Shown piece by piece: positions 60,097-64,000 of a stretch of 64,000 nt of DNA. The stretch is taken from the NCBI RefSeq assembly GCF_009914755.1, contig NC_060939.1; one strand, written 5' to 3'. The position numbers were made by a program, and so were the translations under genes. The notes below the pieces were generated by a model. The model saw only the letters and a list, made by a program, of their open reading frames with translations, did no database searches and was not told the origin of the DNA. The DNA comes from the human T2T-CHM13v2.0 reference genome, Homo sapiens. Numbering within the stretch: the stretch's first letter is position 1; each line of letters opens with the position of its first letter.

Positions 60097-60302
60097 CTGA
60101 CTCGGCTGTGGAGAAGGTCAGCATAGACAAGATCCGATTTTTCCGGGTAGAGCGATCTTATGCAGTGAGATCTGGAAAGTGGTATTTTGAGTTTGAAGTG
60201 GTGACTGGAGGAGACATGCGAGTCGGCTGGGCGAGGCCAGGCTGTCGACCTGATGTCGAGCTGGGGGCCGATGACCAAGCCTTTGTGTTTGAAGGCAACA
60301 GG
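60097..60302 (+). CDS. RYR3: RYR3 coding exon (probably exon 26), 206 nt, SPRY2
   Basis: cacaatag|CTGAC...AACAGG|gtgagt; [68 protein letters not shown]; phase 1 to 0. Confidence 0.97.
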
Positions 60303-60858
60303 GTGAGTTTATATATCTAGCAAACACCCATCCTCAGACCAAGTTTTCCTTCTCCAAACATTTTTCTGGAAGCTCAAATTACTGGATCTCTGGCTTCAAA
60401 GTGAGTGACCACCACCACTGGCTAATGTAGACATTGAATGGGCATCTCCTAGTGACTGTTTCTTTGCTCTTCACTCTGTTGAAGGGGAGCACTGTACCCC
60501 AAATCCTTTCTACAATCACCTTCATATCTACTTTTGCACCCAAGCCCATTGACTCCACTCCAGAGGTGACATAAAGATCACTATGCAGCTAGTATGTCAG
60601 GAAATCTTACCAGTTTTCCCTAGAGAGAATCCTGATTATTGCCATAGCTGTGACTAGAAATCAAGAGACTTGGGCTACCTTGTGTGTCTTGGTTTCATTT
60701 ATAACATAGACCACTCCTCCTTGTTGGTTATCCTTGAGTGTCCCCTAGAAATCATGTAACCACTACTAGTTAGGAGATATCGAAGATATGGTCATTTCTC
60801 CAGCTGCTGGGGCCTCTAGAGACTCCATTTCTCTAAGCCCTAGAGTCTTGTTTTCTAG

Positions 60859-61033
60859 GGCCAGCGTTGGCATCAAGGAAGTGGGTATTTTGGGCGTACC
60901 TGGCAGCCAGGGGATGTGGTCGGATGTATGATTAACCTGGATGATGCTTCAATGATCTTCACACTGAATGGGGAGCTGCTGATCACCAACAAAGGCTCTG
61001 AACTTGCCTTCGCTGACTACGAGATTGAGAATG
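60859..61033 (+). CDS. RYR3: RYR3 coding exon (probably exon 27), 175 nt, SPRY2
   Basis: ttttctag|GGCCAG...AATG|gtaaat; [58 protein letters not shown](G); phase 0 to 1. Confidence 0.97.
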
Positions 61034-62286
61034 GTAAATCTAACACCCTCTGCCAACCCCAGCTCCATGAGGCTGGAGGAAAATATAGGGAGAGCTGAGC
61101 GACCTGCTCTACTTCCTTATTCGGTCTACACTGTCCTTTGCATATTTGAAAACCCTAATGGTGAAGACGATCCCATAGACTAGCAATTTCAAAGAATTAG
61201 GGGAGATAATAGTGATAGTTGGTGTGTGCAGCATACATACACATTCTGAACTCTCAGATAGGTTAACCAAGAAGCTAATTCCCTCCCCTGTGTCTTGGCA
61301 TTTTAAGATTCTCCAGGTTTCCCAGTATTACAAAGAAAACACTTATTGTATATGACTAATGTCATTGACAGGAGAGAAAAATCAGTGAATTAAAGAATTA
61401 TCCTTTTATTCTGATTTGAATTGTCAGTCTGCATGTTTGTGTAATTGAACTTGATGCTTTGAAGAGAATGATTGAAACACAAAAGTTAGATTTAGCTATT
61501 TCCTTGAATGAAATACAATTTATTTTGAAATTCAGACACACTGTGAAACCCAACCAGAGTTGCATTTTTTAATGTCCATGAATAGACCACAGTCAGGGGC
61601 ACGCTTCCAGCTACACAAAGGAGGAAGTGGAGCTTATTATTTCTTGTCTATATAACTACATTATGTACACAAGACTGTTGGTATATAGGGGAAAGAGTGT
61701 ACTGCAAGTCAGTAGACTTCTCCTAACAAGCTCATTGGCTCCCAAGGAGTATCTGTTTGACCTCTCTGAGCTTTACTTTCTTCATCTATATCAGAGAATA
61801 AAAGCATTGATGAAATAAAATCTAATGTTCTTCCCAGATATAAAATTCAACGGCAGTGACTTAACACCTGCTGTGTGAATGCCCTTATGCCTGGTGCTTT
61901 GCCGCACTGTTTCCTCCTCACGGACGAGAAGGGGGCTGTGCTGGATCAGGAGACCTGGACGCTCACCTGCCTCTGCTTCTGCCTACCCAGGACATCTTAG
62001 TTGACTTTATTTATCCATTTAGGAACTCATTTTTATGTCTGTAGATGATGAGGGCTCCTTGTAGCCCTACATTTCTGAGACTTTACAGAAAGAAACATTT
62101 CCTACCTAGAAAGCTAAAACAATACAACTGCATAGGCAAGAGAGCACAAATACATGAAACTGTGTGTATGTAATATACATGCTCTTTACAGAGCGTTTTT
62201 AGCTTTATAAATGACTTTTGCACTTTTTTTTCAGACACCTATTGTTTAAAGTATGCATATTCAACTGTACCTTTCAAGGTGTTTCT

Positions 62287-62499
62287 TTTTTTTTATTATT
62301 ATACTTTAAGTTTTAGGGTACATGTGCACAACGTGCAGGTTTGTTACATATGTATACATGTGCCATGTTGGTGTGCTGCACCCATTAACTCATCATTTAA
62401 CATTAGCTATATCTCCTAATGCTATCCCTCCCCGCTCCCCCCATCCCACAACAGGCCCCGGTGTGTGATGTTCCCCTTCCTGTGTTCATGTGTTCTCAT
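62287..62499 (-). mobile_element. Heavily 5'-truncated young L1PA (approx. L1PA3-5) 3'UTR
   Basis: attatactttaagttttagggtacatgtgcacaacgtgcagg...; 17-bp TSD cctttcaaggtgtttct (62270-62286) / cctttcaaggtttttct (62500-62516). Confidence 0.93.
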
Positions 62500-63024
62500 C
62501 CTTTCAAGGTTTTTCTAAGAGCCAAATATTTGGAGAAATATAAAGCTTACAAGTCCGTTGTATTTTCCTAAAAAGACAAATGACTAAAGTCAAATGGAGT
62601 CATATTTTAATGCCTTCCAAAGAGGTTTAAAATCAAAATTTTAAAGAAATAACTCTGTTTTTGCAGACAGGTGAGAATGATGTTGCCAGAAGAAGGAATG
62701 GCCTGTGTGCTGGTTCAGAGGCAAAGGAGAGGATTTCTGTGGGTGGACATCAGGGCAGTGTACAAGGACAACCAGGTGCTTTCCAAGCACCCACCTCATG
62801 CAGTCCCCTCCCTCTGAGGCCAGGAGGAAAACAGCCTAGGAGATTCAGGCACATCTCCAAAGAAAGTCATTCTCTGGGGTAGAAAGAGTCCAAAAATCAG
62901 GGCCTTTTCCAGGCCCTGCTATTGTGTGAACTGGAAGAGGTTACTTGTCTGTTGAACTCTGAGGAGGAGATGAGAATCTCATATGTTGTGCAGAGTTACA
63001 AGAACTTTGTAAAGTCCAAAGCCT

Positions 63025-63151
63025 TAATACTCAAAGTATGGTCTGCTTGTTAGCAATGAGGAATCTCAGCCCCACCCCAGACCAGAATCAGAATCTGCAT
63101 TCTGACGAGACACTGGTGATTTGCATGCACACTGAAGTATGAGAGCAGTGG
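63025..63151. mobile_element. MER5-like MITE relic
   Basis: gaatctcagccccaccccagacc...aatcagaatctgcattctgac...ggtgatttgcatgcacactgaagtatgag. Confidence 0.7.
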
Positions 63152-64000
63152 TCTAAAGCATATGCAAATGTGAGTAGTAGCAGTATTAAGGAGCTCATTT
63201 TTTAGTTGTAAAAAAAGACGATAATAATGCAGAGCAGTAAGTTATCAATGACAAGTGACTAATACAGAATGAAAAGTCTATATGAATGGGATTTGAATTG
63301 CATGTTAACTACAGAATACAAGATGTCTATGTGTAAGGAGAAGGCTAGTCCTGACAGGGGATGTAACAAGAGTAGTTCTGTGGCTCCAGGAAGCTATAGG
63401 AAAGGGTAGAAGATTTGTGTGTGGAATGTATGGATGATGAAGCTGGAAAGGTAGATAAGGTGCAGATTATAGGCTCAAATACTGAGACTCAGCCTTTTCG
63501 TTCAAGAAACTATTGTCTTCTCTGAGCCAAGCACCCTTGGACTTTACCCTCTAGGAAATGAGGGGCCATTATGGGGTTTGAGCAGAGGAATACTATAGAG
63601 GGGAGGGACATTTGAGCATAACCCGGCTTTGAGAGAGCCTCTGTATTTAATGAAAGTGATGTCCCATAGGCCTGTTGTGTACAGGGATGTGATTTGACCT
63701 TCAGAATAACAAAGTATTATTAGGATGCTGTTTAATAATAGAATTGTACTGTAATGTGTTAGCACATTATACTGTCGTATCATATTGCCCTTTAATAACA
63801 CAGAGACAAGATAATTGGAAAGCTCTTTCAGTTCCGCAATGCCTTGTGAGTTGGTGGAAGGGTAGTTATAAGGAAGTCGACATGCCATTCTTTGATAACA
63901 GTAGCCCCAAGGCCTGGAATAACCACATAGCATCTCTCTTCTCTCTGTGTCAAGTGGAAAGAGGTAGCAATTCTTGCCTTGAGTTGTTAAGAAAAGCATC

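Noticed and set aside
63544-63999. 151-aa minus-strand ORF at the window end
   Set aside because: No recognisable homology, partly overlaps probable L2-derived sequence; consistent with chance.

Overview
Primate (very probably human) genomic DNA containing 15 consecutive internal coding exons of the ryanodine receptor 3 gene RYR3 on the + strand. All have canonical AG/GT boundaries and compatible phases, and they splice into one open 2288-nt frame (about aa 423-1186; probably exons 13-27, numbering from memory). The frame covers the N-terminal solenoid, SPRY1, RyR repeats 1-2 and SPRY2. The introns are rich in transposons: a sense L1PA 3' portion, an antisense L1 interrupted by a solo HERV-H LTR7B, a structurally complete 6.9-kb antisense MER4 provirus (two LTRs, PBS, PPT, 4-bp TSD), THE1 and MER34/39-type LTRs, 11 Alus, MIR/L2 and DNA-transposon relics. 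I found no new gene, RNA gene or CRISPR-type system. The most unusual signals are: (i) an apparently retroposed, polyadenylated non-genic fragment (old L1MA plus MADE1) inside the younger provirus; (ii) an LTR7B with an intact TATA but broken polyA signal pointing antisense into RYR3; (iii) a long inverted-Alu hairpin carrying template-switch footprints; (iv) an in-frame cryptic acceptor before a weak exon; and (v) a CpG-retaining D-box cluster. Repeat subfamily names come from recalled consensus sequences and should be confirmed with RepeatMasker/Dfam.
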